DNA of 64,000 nucleotides from Octopus vulgaris (taxonomy: Eukaryota), in the NCBI GenBank assembly GCA_951406725.2, contig OX597837.1:32364001-32428000 (forward strand), given 5' to 3'. Position 1 is the stretch's first letter. Each line of letters begins with the position of its first letter. Shown in pieces: positions 1 through 64,000 of the stretch. The position numbers and the translations under genes are program-made. The notes below the pieces were generated by a model. That model saw only the letters and a list, made by a program, of their open reading frames with translations, had not been told where the DNA came from and did no database searches.

Positions 1-56
1 GGGGACAAACACAGACACACAAACACGTATATATATACATATATATACACATATAC

Positions 57-213
57 GACAGGCTTCTTTCAGTTTCCGTCTACCAAATCCACTCACAAGG
101 CTTTGGTCAGCCCGGGGCTATAGCAGAAGACACTTGCCCAAGGTGCCACGCAGTGGGATTGAACACGGAACCATGTGGTTGGTTAGCAAGCTACTTACCA
201 CACAGCCACTCCC
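57..213 (-). mobile_element. tRNA-derived SINE, family B; other copies at about 21250-21380(+), 27525-27680(+), 32137-32298(-), 36388-36550(-)
   Basis: Dispersed near-identical repeat; the forward strand has box A/B-like motifs TGGCTGTGTGG and GGTTCAGTCCC. Confidence 0.75.
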
Positions 214-360
214 ATAACAACATTCTTTATTTCAAATCACTACTATTGTTTCCTTATTTTTACCCCCTTTTTTTTTAATTAATTAATTACTACAAATTAC
301 TATTGAATCTATATTTTTGGCTTTGAATTATTTTCTCATTTAACTTTAATCCTATTTCAG

Positions 361-63002
<62,642 letters not shown>

Positions 63003-63087
63003 GTAAGAAACAACAAGGAGAACGTTTACGAAATTGTTCGACTTTTTTTGAATTTCCTTTCGGCAGTGAATTATTATTGCTGCTGCT

Positions 63088-63480
63088 TTCTTCTTCTTCT
63101 TCTTCTTCTTCTTCTTCTTCTTCTTCTTCTTCTTCTTCTTCTTCTTCTTCTTCTTCTTCTTCTTCTTCTTCTTCTTCTTCTTCTTCTTCTTCTTCTTCTT
63201 CTTCTTCTTCTTCTTCTTCTTCTTCTTCTTCTTCTTCTTCTTCTTCTTCTTCTTCTTCTTCTTCTTCTTCTTCTTCTTCTTCTTCTTCTTCTTCTTCTTC
63301 TTCTTCTTCTTCTTCTTCTTCTTCTTCTTCTTCTTCTTCTTCTTCTTCTCCTTTTTCTTCCTCTTCTTCTCCTCCTTCCTCTTCTTCTCCTTCTTCAACT
63401 CCTTCTTCTCTCTTCTTCTTCTTCCTTCTCCTCCTCCTTCCTCTTTCTTCTTCTTCTTCTTCCCCTTCTTCTTCCTCCTC
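63088..63480 (+). repeat. long pure (CTT)n tract followed by degenerate CT repeats
   Basis: Directly visible. Confidence 0.95.
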
Positions 63481-64000
63481 CTGCGATGGACTGGCATCCC
63501 GTCCAGCTGGGGAACACATACACCATAGAAACTGGGAAACTGGGCCCATGAGCCTGGCTAGGCTTTAAAAGGGCGCATTTATTTTTATTTATGTATTTCT
63601 TTCGATTCCTTTAAATATAACAAAGAATTTAGTAAAATAACTTAGTTATCATTAAGCTAGTGACAACCAGTTTCAAATTAATCTCAGAACTTGAGGCAAT
63701 CCAACGAAGCTACATGAAGAAGATGGCCTCTATGCAGCATATAAGCTATTGGGAAAGACTCAAGAGATTAAAACTCTATTCTTTAGAGCGTAGGTGAGAA
63801 AGATCATCATCATCATCATCATCGTTTAGCGTCAGCTTTCCATGCTAGCATGGGTTGGACAAAATATATATTGCGCCCATCCTGGAAGGACTTGTCCAAA
63901 ACTTTGGCATCGAGAGTTACACAAATACTAGAACTGGGCACCACTGCATAGTGCCAAGGACTCCAAATTTTCCATCAATATGTAGGACAAGATACTGCGA

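Overview
Eukaryotic, AT-rich, repeat-dense DNA. The SINE/MITE repertoire suggests an Octopus genome (inference). The whole window lies inside one + strand fibrillin gene. I read 31 internal exons by hand (361-63002; 3726 coding nt, about 1242 codons; all introns GT-AG and phase 1). They encode EGFx6-TB-EGFx2-TB-EGFx7-TB-EGFx5-TB-EGFx3, matching the cbEGF17-cbEGF39/TB4-TB7 segment of vertebrate FBN1; both gene ends lie outside the window. The introns hold tRNA-derived SINEs, non-autonomous Helitrons, hAT- and piggyBac-like MITEs, mariner/CR1/RTE remnants, microsatellites and several tandem arrays. Most notable: (1) minimal Penelope-type hammerhead ribozyme motifs, one with an intact core on the pre-mRNA strand; (2) a young SINE subfamily whose six copies all sit in sense orientation within about 115 nt of an exon; (3) four SINE families converted into tandem arrays; (4) a minisatellite derived from an exon duplication; (5) long intronic hairpins; (6) a TB4 domain without RGD, a 39-nt microexon and a cbEGF25 that has lost its calcium consensus. 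Most long ORFs in the supplied track are microsatellite artefacts.
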